DNA of 64,000 nt, from assembly GCA_008632985.1 (NCBI GenBank), contig QPGO01000107.1:186001-250000 (forward strand). The letters run 5' to 3'. Of this stretch, positions 39,702 through 51,243 are shown piece after piece. Position numbers and translations under genes: made by a program. The DNA is from Psammoneis japonica. Its lineage: Eukaryota. The notes beneath the pieces are model-generated. The model did not search any database, was not told where the DNA came from, and worked only from the letters and a program-made list of their open reading frames with translations. The stretch's first letter is position 1; each line of letters opens with the position of its first letter.

Positions 39702-41994
39702 ATGGACGACGACGATGCCGGCAACAACCGGTCTGACTCAGTTGGCAGCCTGCATGCAAAGCTCAGAGTCAAGCCTCACCCTTCACGTGAGGATGCTCTT
39801 GAGATGTGCAAGGAATTTCTTCAAAATGCATTTGACAGCCCGAAGTGTGTGGATGTTCGGGGGCGGCCAACGAGGTGCGAATGTTTGCATGCTTTTCGGA
39901 CGCGGACAGAGTGGCTTCCCTGTGTTGCAAAGTTCATGTTGGATGAGGTGGCACACAAGAGCAGAGACGACAGGGAGAGCTGCATCCTGCAACAATGTCG
40001 GTCACACCAGTCCACGAAATTTCTTCCCGTTCCAGCTGCGGGCAAGCCACCGGGCTCCAACGTGTTGACATGCAAAAATGCTTTCAAGCACATTATGAAT
40101 GTACGTCAAAAAGCTGACAGAAGGGTGAAAGAGGTGATTCAATCAAACATGGCAACGTCGCATGGCAACAAGGGCAAACCATCAAATGCAAGAATGAAGG
40201 TGGACGTGGAAACGTCGTTGCACGTTTTTTTCAAAGACATGATGGAACTTGCTTCTCCTCGAGCCACAAGGTTTGTTCGACTAGAAGTCGGAACAGGGAC
40301 CAGGGATGATGATGAGGAGCTGCTGGAGCTCCCAACCCATTGGACGGCTCGCCGACTGTACGGCAAATGGGTTGGCGAACGAGGATGGAAAGCCAAGCTC
40401 AAGAATGACAAAGGGGTGATTGAATTGACACAAGCAGCAGAAGACGTGGAGCCGCAAAAGACAGTTGTTTTTGAAACTTTCCGTTCTTTCTGGAAGAGAA
40501 GCACCCAAAGCTAGTTCTTCCTAAAGCTAGGGAGGACATTTGTTCTGACTGCTTTGTGCTGTCGCACACTTTTCGTTGCTTCTCGTCGCCTCGTCCTTTG
40601 AACAGCAGTGACACTCCAGTGAATGGACATCTAAGGAGAGAGGAGGCAGTGGCAAAAGCTCAAATCCACATCCAACAGGCTGCTGCTCAGAGAGAACTGT
40701 TCAATTCTCTCACTGCCGAATGCCTTGAACAGGAACTTGTTGACGTGCTTGTTGGCGACTGTTCCGAAAACATGGACCTTCCACACCTTGGCAATGAGCA
40801 ATCAGGTGACACTCACTGCTTTTCTCCATTGAATGTAAATTGTTTTGGACTTGTCAACATGAAAGACAACTTGCTCCAAGCACACGTGTGCCACAAGGGC
40901 CAAGGTAAAAAAGGAGGCAACAACGTCGCATCACTCATCATGAAGCATCTAAAGGACAAAGGGCATTTGGAGGTTGATGATGATGGAACAGCAAAGCAAA
41001 TTCGAGCAAAGCTCACTGTTGTTGTGGACAACTGCTGGGTCAGAACAAGAACAGGATGGTTCTTCGGCTGGCCCTCTACTTGGTTGAGCGGGGATTCTGT
41101 CAAACCGCACAGTTTGTGTTTCTTGTAGTCGGGCACACAAAGAACCCTTGCGACCGGATGTGTGACATCTTGAAAAAGCCACACAGAGACTCCAATGTCT
41201 GTGCCTTCAAGCAAATGATGGAATTGTTGAATGAAAACGAGAACACCACCGCCGCCGCTGTGGACGAGGAAGACTTCCAAGACTGGGACAAGAAACTCGA
41301 TTCATTGTGTCGACGCTTCGCCCCCAGCACCATCCACAAGAGCCACATCTTTTCTGTGACAAAAGCCTCGCCAACTGACATGAAAATTCAGGTGTCTTGC
41401 CGGGAGGAGGATCAAGGTGAGACTGCCACAAGAGAATTCAAAAAGCCTGGGACCAACAGCAACAGAATGGAGCTCTTGCAGGCGGCACCCCAGGTCATTC
41501 CATTTCCTGGAATTCCCGACATCAAACAAACAGAGCTTGGGACAAAATGGAGGAAGCATGTTCCAGTGGAGTGTCAGGATGAGATTTGCCCCACACCACC
41601 ACAAGCAATGATCGACAGACACAACAAGTCAAAAGCAGACAAGGCCAAAAGGAGCAAAAAGACTGTTTCCAATTCAAGATCAGGACAATCTCCCACTGCC
41701 GCTGCTGCTGCTGCATCCACTCAACCCCCAGCTGTTCCTGCCACTCAACCACATTTTACAGCCCAGCAACCTGCAGCACCAGCTGCTGCTGCCGCCCCGC
41801 CGCCGCCGCATTTCGTCAACCCGAATTTCGTCAACCCGCATGGTCTGCAACAACAAATGCTTCTGATTGCGGCATTGCATCCAACTGCAGCTGCTGAAGC
41901 ACAACAGCACATGCAAACCCTTCACTCCACTCTTAACTGTTCTGCCATTGAGGAAATTTTGGCGCGTCCATGTGGTCCCCACTGGCACGGTTGA
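39702..41994 (+). pseudogene. DDD transposase (Sola-like), frameshifts near 40505 and 41040
   Basis: Motifs DCSENMDLPHLGNEQSGDTHCFSPLNV, KKGGNNVASL, VVDNC-(GQ)NKNRMV and FLVVGHTKNPCDRM. Expected Tyr positions read His or Cys. Confidence 0.8.
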
Positions 41995-42019
41995 TTGGTT
42001 GGAGCGATCACGTCGGCGG

Positions 42020-42512
42020 CACTGTCCATCTGAACAGAGTGCACGACAACAAAAATTTTAGACGACACCAAAAAGAAACACAACCATCACACTTGATGCA
42101 TTCACACCACCTTGTGTCCATGATGTTAATCATGTGACATTGACCCAGTGATGGTCGCTTCATTGATGCGGAGCACAGCCGAGTCACGTGGAAACCACAC
42201 AAAATCATCCAAGCAGAGTGCAGCAACAAGAATTTTAGACGACATCAAAAAACAAACACAACCATCACACTCGTCACATTCACACTGAGTTGTGTCCATG
42301 CTCTGCATCATGTGACATTGTTCCAGTGAGGGTCGATTCATGAATGTGGCCGAGTCGCAGAGAAACCACAAACATGCTGTCCATCTAAACAGAGTGTTGC
42401 AACAAGAATTTCAGACGACACCAAAAAACAAACACCACCAGCACACTCGACAGATTCGTGTTGCCTCATGTCAATGCTTTTAACCGTGTGACATTGTCCC
42501 AGTGACGGTCGC
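42020..42512 (+). repeat. ~177-bp subterminal tandem repeat, about 3 diverged units
   Basis: AGACGACA at ~42060, ~42237 and ~42413; GTGACATTG...CCAGTGA...GGTCG recurs in each unit. Confidence 0.8.
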
Positions 42513-42880
42513 TTTTTATGAACACAGCGGCATCTCCATGGTGCTGCTGCGGTTTGCGGTGCGCGTGATGGTTTTTTGCTTTTTTCTCAAAAGCAACCAT
42601 CACGTCTGTCTGTTTTCCATGGTTTCCTTTTTATTTAGTCAGTCTTAAATGTCTTTCGAGAGCATCGTGATTTGTCTCACGCTTCATGTGTGTGCACAAC
42701 GCTCTGTGTGCATGTGTGTGTGTTTGGAAATTGAAACGGTCCTGTGCTGGTCCATGTAAAACAACAACAGTCATTGCCAATGGCACAGTGCAGTTAACGT
42801 GGAGACATTGTTGACACTGTCAATGTCCGTCGAATCATTCCACTTAACGAACAACTCCAATGTGCAATTAGGGAGGCGAG

Positions 42881-43247
42881 TGCAGCACGCGACTGTTGTG
42901 TGCATGTCCACAATTGTGTGTTGTTAACGTGTCAATCGCACCACAGTCATGGATGCGCACAAAGGACAGAACGATCACACAGAGTTGATCGGATGTCGAA
43001 AATTGTAAATACGATCGATTGACGATGTTGACATCTTGCGTGTCAACAGCAATCGTGTCCGGACAATCTGTTGTCACGAGTGTGTTCTCCGAAAGGCCTT
43101 TTGTCTGTAGAAGCAGTGCAAAAGCTTCAGGCCATTGAGAAATCGTTCGGAGAAACCAAAAATCACAGAACAAAATTTGATCTTATAATTTTCACTTTTC
43201 GAACTTCGTTCTACTTTCGTTTACACTCGTTCTTCGAGCACAGTGCA
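42881..43247 (+). repeat. 3' LTR of Gypsy (TpA-eroded copy)
   Basis: Same length as the 5' LTR; 23 substitutions, no indels. Confidence 0.95.
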
Positions 43248-43608
43248 GCTGCGCAAGGCCGCGAGAAGAGGAAAAACTGTGAAGACAATGGCGCGGTGTT
43301 TGTCCTTAATGTGGGCGTTACAAAATGAGATTTTTCTTCAAGGATGAAGATTTTAAATTTGCAGGCCGGCGTTTCATCGACAATTAATATAGCTGACTAT
43401 CATATTTTTCCATTTTTATTAGGCGTTGAATATACCAATATTTAAAATTCTCGATTCAAATCCCAATGGCTCCCGCTTCCCGCCGAAAACCCGCCATCCC
43501 ATGATCAAAAAAATGCAAAAGCCATCGGCACTCATCAGTGTCGACGACTCGAACTCACCATAGCAGTGCACTCTGGACTCTTTCCGCTAGACACTCTTCC
43601 TCAAAACA

Positions 43609-46600
43609 ATGGATAAGAAAAGAAACGACGTTACGAGAACAACGAATGGTGGCATAAGTCAAGAACTAAGCGACTTATCGGGCAGAAGCGTTGACACAAC
43701 GTCACGGATCAGTGACATACCGTTGCTGCCACAGGTTTCAGATCTTTCGTCGCTTTCCCCGTCTCCAACTAACGTCCCAGTTTCGAACTCTTGTGATTTT
43801 GGTGTTTCGGACCGTCATTTCGGGACAGAAACGGAGCGCTCGTTTCAAGCAGATTCTTCACCAGTTCCGGGCAGAAATAATAATGGCGACTTTGTAGGAG
43901 GACCACTGAATCATCATCCTAAACCTCGCAATGCAATTCCTCGTGTCTCTCTAGAATCAAATTGCAGCAGCGCTGAATCAAGACCAACGAATAAAGAGCT
44001 ACACGCTGAGCACAGCGTTAATCACCAAAACGTCGAGATTGGCGAAAAGCGAAGAGAGCATCCGCCCAGGGATCGTGAAATTGCCGCAGTAGAGGTTTCT
44101 CTCGACGAACAGAGTTCAGACGTCACTTCCTCTAGCGATTCAGGTATCAAGACCGGTGATGTTGAAGAAACAGAGGACGAAGAGAAGAATTGCCGTTCAT
44201 ATTGCAACTCAATGAGTGCGAATTCATCAGAAAAAGGCTTCCCAGAGTGCACACTTCACGGTGTCCAAGAGGAGGTCAACGAGACGGAAGAACTCGTCAA
44301 AGCCAATGACGATCAAGTAGCCCCCTCTGTGCAGAGGGAAAGCCTCGCAAAAAGTACTTCTAAAAATATCGCCGCGTTACGTCCCAATTCGGAATTGCAG
44401 GGTACCACGAATCGAAGTCTAGAAGAAGAAGAAGAAGACTACGACGGCCGCGTGGATAAGTCAGCTCAGAACAAGCTTCTTTCCTCTTATGGGTCAAGGA
44501 ACAATGTCCGAGGAAGCGAAGCATTATTCGCAACCGAGACGAAGGAGGTAATAAAGCATGTGGATCCGAAAACAGTTATCGCTGATGGCAGCAGATTTCC
44601 CAACGACACCGAACTGCAGTCAGATCCTCATGGTCTTTCGTTTCCAACGACTCTTCGTAAAACAATGACTGGGGATATCGACGTGCTTGTCAAGTGGGCA
44701 GGTGCGTCCCGATTCATTGGCTCGTTTGACACTGTGGAAAAGGCAGTGCAAGCAGGAAATGCAGCGAAGAATGTGCTTTCGACCGAAAAGTCTTTCTCTC
44801 AAGACGAAAAGTCAAATCAGGATATCAAGGCTGCTGTAGAGTCGGCGAAACAAGCTGCTCGTAGAGCGGTAGAGGAGACTGTAATGCCCGAAGAAGAGCA
44901 GCAAGTCGCAGCGAAGAATGTGTCCGAAAAGGATTTCTCGCAAGAAGAAAAGTCAAGTCAAGATATCAAGGCTTCTGTAGAGTCGGCGAAACAAGCTGCT
45001 CGTAGAGCGGTAGAGGAGACTGTAATGCCCGAAGAAGTGCAGCACGTAGCAGCGAAGAATGTGTCCGAAAAGTCTTTCTCGCAAGAGGAAATGTCAAATC
45101 AGGATGATCATGCCGCTGTAGAGTCGGCGAAACAAGCTGCTCGTAGAGCGGTGGAGGAGACTGTAGTGCCCGAAGAAGTGCAGCACGTAGCAGCAAAGAA
45201 TGTGTCTGAAAAGTCTTTCTCGCAAGAGGAAAAGTCAAATCAGGATAATCATGCTGCTGTAGAGTCGGCGAAAAAAGCTGCTCGTAGAGCGGTAGAGGAG
45301 ACTATGTCCGAAGAAGAGCAGCAAGTAGCCTCTAGTAACTTGACAACGCTTCAAGTTTCGACATCAGATTTTGCCGGGAAAGAAGGCGCGAAGAAGGATG
45401 CTTTATCGTTGGAGTTAAGTAATTTGTCACAGGGTCTAATGAAAATGGGACTCGAAGAAGAAGAGGTGGATACGTCGGAAGAGAGTCGCGGCGATGTTAC
45501 TGAGGGACGAATCGCTTCGAATTCTGTCAACGAGTCGATTGCAAAGCGCGTTGAAGTCGCGCCTGCAACCAAGGATGACGATCAGTCAGAAGAACGTTGC
45601 AGCCTCGACGACAGACAGGCTAGTATGTCAAAAGAAGACAAGTTGGTTACCGTGACGGAACCAAGAGCGGCCGAGGAGGCTACCAAAGCGTACACGAAAG
45701 AGCATGTTGAAAATGGCGAGCAGGGACAGCCCGAGGGGCAGTCGTTACTCCAAGGTATCGGGAGTAGTTCTGATGGGGCAGGAAGTACCATGGGAATTAA
45801 CCTGTTGAGGGCCACCGCGAGTTCCAATGGTAATGTAAGTGAAAATGCTGAAAATGCTAACGCCGATGAGACAAAAAATATTGATAATGTGGATGTTGAG
45901 AACGCGGAGGTTTCAGTGCAGAGTGACATTTCTTATCCTACTTCTTTGACGCGTGCAAAGTCTACCGGTGCCAACGCGAACTCTGACTGTGATCATGAAG
46001 AAGAAGGAGAAGAACCGGGCAGTCTTGGCCTTGACAATAGACTCGTGCACACTTCGACTCGCATCATAATCCCTTCAATTTTTTCTGATGGGTCCACAAA
46101 CGTTAACGCGTTCGAAGCCGATGCTTGTAAAGTTGAAGAGGTCCAGCCAACTGCTGAAGCAGGTGCCGCAGAACGCAGTTCCGAAGTTGAGGAAAGAATC
46201 GCTCGAGAAACCGAATCAAAATCAATCAATATGTCTTCACTCCCATCGGGTTGTTGCACTGTAAGACATGGTAAGATAGTGGTGCGTCTTTATTGGGCTG
46301 GCGAGAGACGCTACATGGGCCTATTTAGCACTCAGAAGAAGGCGGTGGAGGCCAGAAATGCAGCGCAGAAGGTGTTCTCGGCTGCGAATCCAATCCCCCC
46401 GCAAAAGTCAGATCTTTATATCAAGGCTGTTGTAATGGCCGCAAAACAGGCTGCCGGTCAAGCGGCCGCCAACATATCTATCGACGGAGTGGAAGACCGG
46501 AATTCGCTTTCGATGGAGGGAACAAACGGCAGAGAGCATGCGCGTCACATGGAATCGATAAAAACAGCCCCTGAACCCGAAGACCACGCAAACAGTTATG

Positions 46601-49600
46601 CGTGGGAAGATGCAGATGCAGAACCCGGGGATCTGATTAACGGATCGACCCCCCAAAACAGTCCGCTCCTTCCTCCTGGTATAAGCTCCACACCGAGCGG
46701 AAATCTGATTGCAAGCGTTCAATGGGCAGGGAGAACACGCCAAGTTGGCGTATTTGATTCCCTACTGAAGGCAGTCCATGCTCGAGTTGTCACAGAGACT
46801 CTGTTACTAGGTGATCAACCTCCTCCGATAAAAGAAATGTCTGGACATGAGATCGATGACGTTTTTAAGTCAGCAAGGCAAGTTGCCGTTGCAGCGGCGA
46901 GCAACATGTCTGAGCAAGAGGCGTCAAGGGCAAAGGAACATCTTCAGGAAATGAGTCTTACGGTTGTCAGCGGCGACCAGGAAACTTCGACACCTGCGCC
47001 TGATGCGGAACCTGAACGGATTGGCTTCAGAAGCTATCCTCGCATCCCCAGGATTGGCTATACGCCAAATGGGTATCCGTCTGTGCGGCTTGAATGGGCT
47101 GGGAGATCAGTACACATAGGCGTGTTTGACACGGTGGAGAGGGCAGTTCACGCGCGAAATGTAGCAAATAAGGTGTTACTCGGTGGTGAAAATTATCCGT
47201 TGAAGATGACGAGATTTGAAATCGAGGACGTTATCGATTCCGCAAAGGAAGCCGCTCTTAAAGCGGCCACCCACATGTCTTACGAGGAAACATCAAGCAT
47301 AAAGAAGTATATCTTAGGCCTTCATGGGTCGAAAGAAGGCGAAGTTGGAACGCGTGCGTCAAAACGAATCGCTCGAAAGCGAAATGGGTTGATTCTAGAA
47401 TATGAAACCCACGCGAGTCATCCAGTTGGCATTGTGACGCAACATACGAGCGGTGAAAACGACCCTATCCAACCACAAAGCAGTATTGAAAAAACGGGGC
47501 AAGCCACTAATACCGAATCCCCCCGAATCAGGATAGCCAAAGGAAATGCTGGTCGTTGTCTAGAAGTGCGCATTAGGTGGGCACGACGGTATTTATACAT
47601 AGGCCGTTATGGCACTAGGAACGATGCTATGCAAGCTGGACAAGCCGCAGAGAAGGTGTTCTTAGCTAGAAACGAAACATCATTTCTGGACAAAGAAAAA
47701 TCAAATCCTGCGTTGAGAGCAGTGATGAACGCAGCAAAGGAAGCAGCTCGTCGAGCGGTTGCTAACAACATGTCCGAACAAGAGCCGCATACTTCCACCG
47801 GTACTGGCATTGGCATGGACGTGCATCCGATTTCGAGGAAGCGCGGTGTGCCGACTAAAGAGGGGAGTGCTACAAATGACGCCGCTAAAAGGAGATCTGT
47901 TGTATTCCCTCAAGGAAAGCAAACTGCTAATGATGTCCGATTGGAGAAGGCTTTCAAAGGTCCTGGTGATGAGGCGACCAGAGGACAATGCGACTTGGAA
48001 GATGAAACGGGTAAAATGCCATCCGATCTTTCGACAACACAGAAGGATGTTGCTGCTGTTCCACTGAAGGATGGAACGGGAGACAGCGAAGAAGCTGCTG
48101 AAGTAAAGGAGACAGAAAAACCATGCCACCTCCCAAGGGAAGAGCAGGACGATGTCAACACACGCCGTTGGGGTTGCGAAGATACGGGAGAGCAGCCTTA
48201 CCTTCTCTCGGGTGGCGGTTTAGGTGATCTTTCGATGACAGAAAGCAATGATGCGATCTCGAGTCAAGCAACTTCACCCAGTGATTCGCTTGAGGAAAAG
48301 CAAGAAACATCACAAAAGATTCGTCATGAATTGCAGAGTCCTGATGCTACAGAATACAACCGGCAGCAGGCAGAAGAAGGGGTGGCGTCCTCTGCCGTGA
48401 ATTCAATTGCAATACCAAAATGGAAGGCCGCAGTGAGTTCGCTGTGGATGGGTGCGAAGCGGTGCATCGGTGTCAACGACTATAAAGATTCTGCACAGGA
48501 CGCAGTCCGTGACATAGCCAACCCTGTCACGGAAGAGAGAAGCAACAGAAGAGAGCGAGACGGTTTTCTTAGTGGAAAACGAACTGTTGAAAACGAATCT
48601 ACAAATCCGTTTCAGAAGCTGCATCCCCCGATACGTATCCGGAAGGCAAAGTCGGGAAAGCAGGAAATGTATGTTACTTGGGCTGGTAAAGGTTGGTATC
48701 TTGGTGCTTTTGATACAGTGAAGAAAGCAAGAAAAGCTCGAGACGCTGCAGAGAGGGTGTTCCTAGCTGCAAAATCATCTCCACAAACACAACTGTCGAG
48801 GGATGGAATCATAGCTGTGGTAGCCTCAGCAAAGGAAGCGGCTCGTCACTCTGTCTCGAGCATGACCGATCACAATAACTCGGCACAGAGGTCGCCTTCT
48901 CCCTCCGGAGATGAAGCCACAGTCGTTGTAGCCTCTTCAAACGAAGCGGCTAGTCACTCCGACTCGAGCATGGCGGAACACAAAAATACATCACCGATGT
49001 CGCCTTCACCCCATGCTCATGGGCCTGTTCTCCGTCAACACGCTCAGTTACCCATGATATATATTTACCAGCAGGGGACAGCGGATGTTCGTGTTCCATG
49101 GGAATGCCAAACGCGCTACGTCGGCAGCTTTGACTCGATTGTGAAGGCAATCCATGCTCGAAATGTCGCTTGTGAGATGTTGCGCAACAAGGGCTTGTCT
49201 CTGGGGAAAAGTTCATCTGAGCAACAAAAGCAGATTATTTTCAATTCTGTTCGGAAAGCTGCTCACAAAGCTGCAGAGAACATGACTGAAAGCGAGAAGG
49301 CAAGTGTAAGAAAATATCTTGAGGAAGAGGAACAGAAGACGAGCGAAATCAGCAAACCCATTTCATCTTCCTCACGGGATAGTCGCAAGCGCAACGGATT
49401 GGTTGCTGGGGTAGCCACGACAGCAAATAAAGCGGACCACTTTGGCGGAGTTGGAGCTGGTGAGCGCCATCGCAAGTCACGGAGGATTGCTACCGAGGAA
49501 ACGAATCAAAACGGCAGACTCCGGAGCAGCAGAGGAAAACCTAAACCTGTCAACAGTCAACAAATCACCAATGTTGAGGGGGGGACGAGAGAAAGTAAAA

Positions 49601-51243
49601 CAGCAAAGGCAACGCGTGAGGACGTCTTAGTCAATCAGGAGAACCAGAGAGACATAGGATCTCGGGTTTTTTGCAAATGGAATAATAATGAATGGTATTG
49701 GGGGACGATCGAGAAGAAGACGCGTCGTGGGGAAACAGATCTCTTTTCCGTACGTCGAAACGGCTGCTCCTGTTGATGAACTATCATGCTCATTGCAATA
49801 TTCACACTAACTTTTTCTGCGCCTCGTATTCTGATTCATGGTATCTTCGGTCAGGTGCGATTTGATGACGGGGACTATCTGGAGGGTATGCTACCGCAAT
49901 TCGTTTGTACTGTGCAGTCTTACAAGAGAGTTTATGGAAAGGACCCTCCTCCACGGGATCGTGTTGAACCACGCCCATCTGCTTCAAGAAAAATATCCAA
50001 GCGGTCTACACGCTTGGTCGGAAAGGGCACCCTGCAACAATGGACAGATGTTGAGGGCCGAACAAAGGTTGTGTACGGAACCATCAAAGCCATTGAGATT
50101 GATGGAGACAAGGAGGTTGCAATGATCGAGTACGATGAGAAGTCAAGAGGCAATGCCAACTCCACCCGCAGTGTCTGTGGGACCAGCGTCCTAAAATCAC
50201 GCGCGATTCCCATCGAAGTAGCTACAGGGGCTCATAATGCATTTGCGAGCAGAGTGAATAAACCCTTCAACAATGCTGAACTTCCTTGTCCTAGCTTCAC
50301 GTGGTCGACGCCTGAGTTCCGAAGTGAAGAGATGCTTGAAATTGGCTATGCTGTTGCACTACCTCGGCTGACTCTCACTTACAAAGGCTACAATTTGGAA
50401 TTCAACGTAAAGGAGTCGACCATACCGAATTCTGGTTACGGTTTGTTTGTAAAGGCGACTCCGTCAATCGCCCTTGCAGAGAATTCTAAAGCTCACTTTG
50501 TTTTGAAAGTCGGTGAGTTTTTGGACTTGGGCGTTTACGCGCCATTTCGGAAGGAAGACATCAAGAAGCAGTGCGTCTTCTTCTTAAAAAATTACATCCA
50601 TGCATTCAAATGCGAAGAATGGTGCTACAGCGCAAACGAGGAGTACCTTGAGCTTGACATTACAGATGATATCTCCGGCGACGTGCATGAACTTGCGCGT
50701 CGGCACATTCCTTCGTACGTGAATGAGTGCGGAGCTGGAGAAATTCCGACGGTTCGAGCAGAGAGCGACCCCGAGGGGAATGTTCACTTCTTGCTTGGGG
50801 TTGTTGAAGGGGAGAAACTTAGTATTCCAGCGGATGGAACCGATACCGAGATCTTTGTCGACTATGGACCACGATACGAACCGGTTCGACTTCGAAAAGG
50901 TTACTCACAGTTGAATAAGAAAGTCCAAGCACAGAGGCTTCAAGAAATGGAGAACGCTGAAGAAGAATACTTGGGCGCTATTGCGAGTAGCGATTTCGAC
51001 GAAATTGGAGCCTGCGTGGGGTTCCTTCACGGTCTTTTTGGAAACGAACGCTTTCCAGAAGCATACGCGGCATTGCTGTTTGGAGCAGAGGCTGGGGAAC
51101 GAGCTCTTCGCGTTGCGGAGGTTTTCAAGCACACGTTGAGGACACTTCAGCAATCTGGAGAGCAAGTTCCATTGGGGCTGACTCAGAGCGTTACGTCGCT
51201 TGTGTCTCTTCTCACGAGAATGTTTGGCAAGGAACGCACGTAG
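43609..51243 (+). CDS. ~2500-aa protein with 7-8 AP2-like DNA-binding repeats, a Tudor/Agenet-like domain and a C-terminal SET-like domain (intron 49750-49854)
   Basis: Repeated V.W.G...Y.G.FDT...A..AR..A motif. IGSRVFCKWNNNEWYWGTI...LFS|VRFDDGD is joined across a GT-AG intron with a CTAAC branch site. SET-like motifs KESTIPNSGYGLF, SYVNE and EIFVDYGPRY. Confidence 0.8.
44761..45330 (+). repeat. Coding tandem repeat, 141 bp (47 aa) x4
   Basis: GAGTCGGCGAAA at 44839, 44980, 45121 and 45262. Confidence 0.92.

Larger units (their letters stand above)
39348..42645 (+). mobile_element. Sola-like DNA transposon inserted in the Gypsy integrase
   Basis: Imperfect TIRs AGACTGACTAAATAGAAAGGTCACCAT (39348-39374) and ATGGTTTCCTTTTTATTTAGTCAGTCT (42619-42645) enclose a transposase. 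TSD not resolved. Confidence 0.8.
35172..43247 (+). mobile_element. Ty3/Gypsy retrotransposon relic with both LTRs, carrying a nested DNA transposon
   Basis: 367-bp LTRs and 4-bp TSD GCTG (35168-35171, 43248-43251). PPT AGGGAGGCGAG lies before the 3' LTR. Domain order: protease (IDNGTS, YDVIMGRDLM), RT (MPWGKNEHHRLP...PDVF), RNase H (KELLSTVKTLVNFRNTLFG...ADHK; GKANIVA.DAISRL), integrase (C-terminus NGTV...TVNVRRIIP at ~42750-42845). Confidence 0.92.
8470..43330. other. ~35 kb block of nested transposon relics with extreme TpA (and mostly CpG) depletion
   Basis: TpA is nearly absent and TG/CA strongly enriched. The ORF track gives many short Cys/His-rich, Tyr-free frames, with recognisable Copia, Gypsy and DNA-transposase motifs. 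35172-37350 is a TpA-retaining exception. Confidence 0.9.

Noticed and set aside
42020..42512. CRISPR-like array
   Set aside because: Whole ~177-bp units are repeated without unique spacers; eukaryotic context, no cas genes.
42881..43247. ADAR-type RNA editing fixed by reverse transcription
   Set aside because: It would give A->G on one strand only and be copied into both LTRs. Both A->G and T->C occur, in one LTR only, and a DNA transposon is also affected.
8470..43330. Alternative genetic code or foreign (viral/HGT) insert explaining the Tyr-free ORFs
   Set aside because: The signature covers non-coding LTRs, all frames and several unrelated TE classes, and is graded within a single element.
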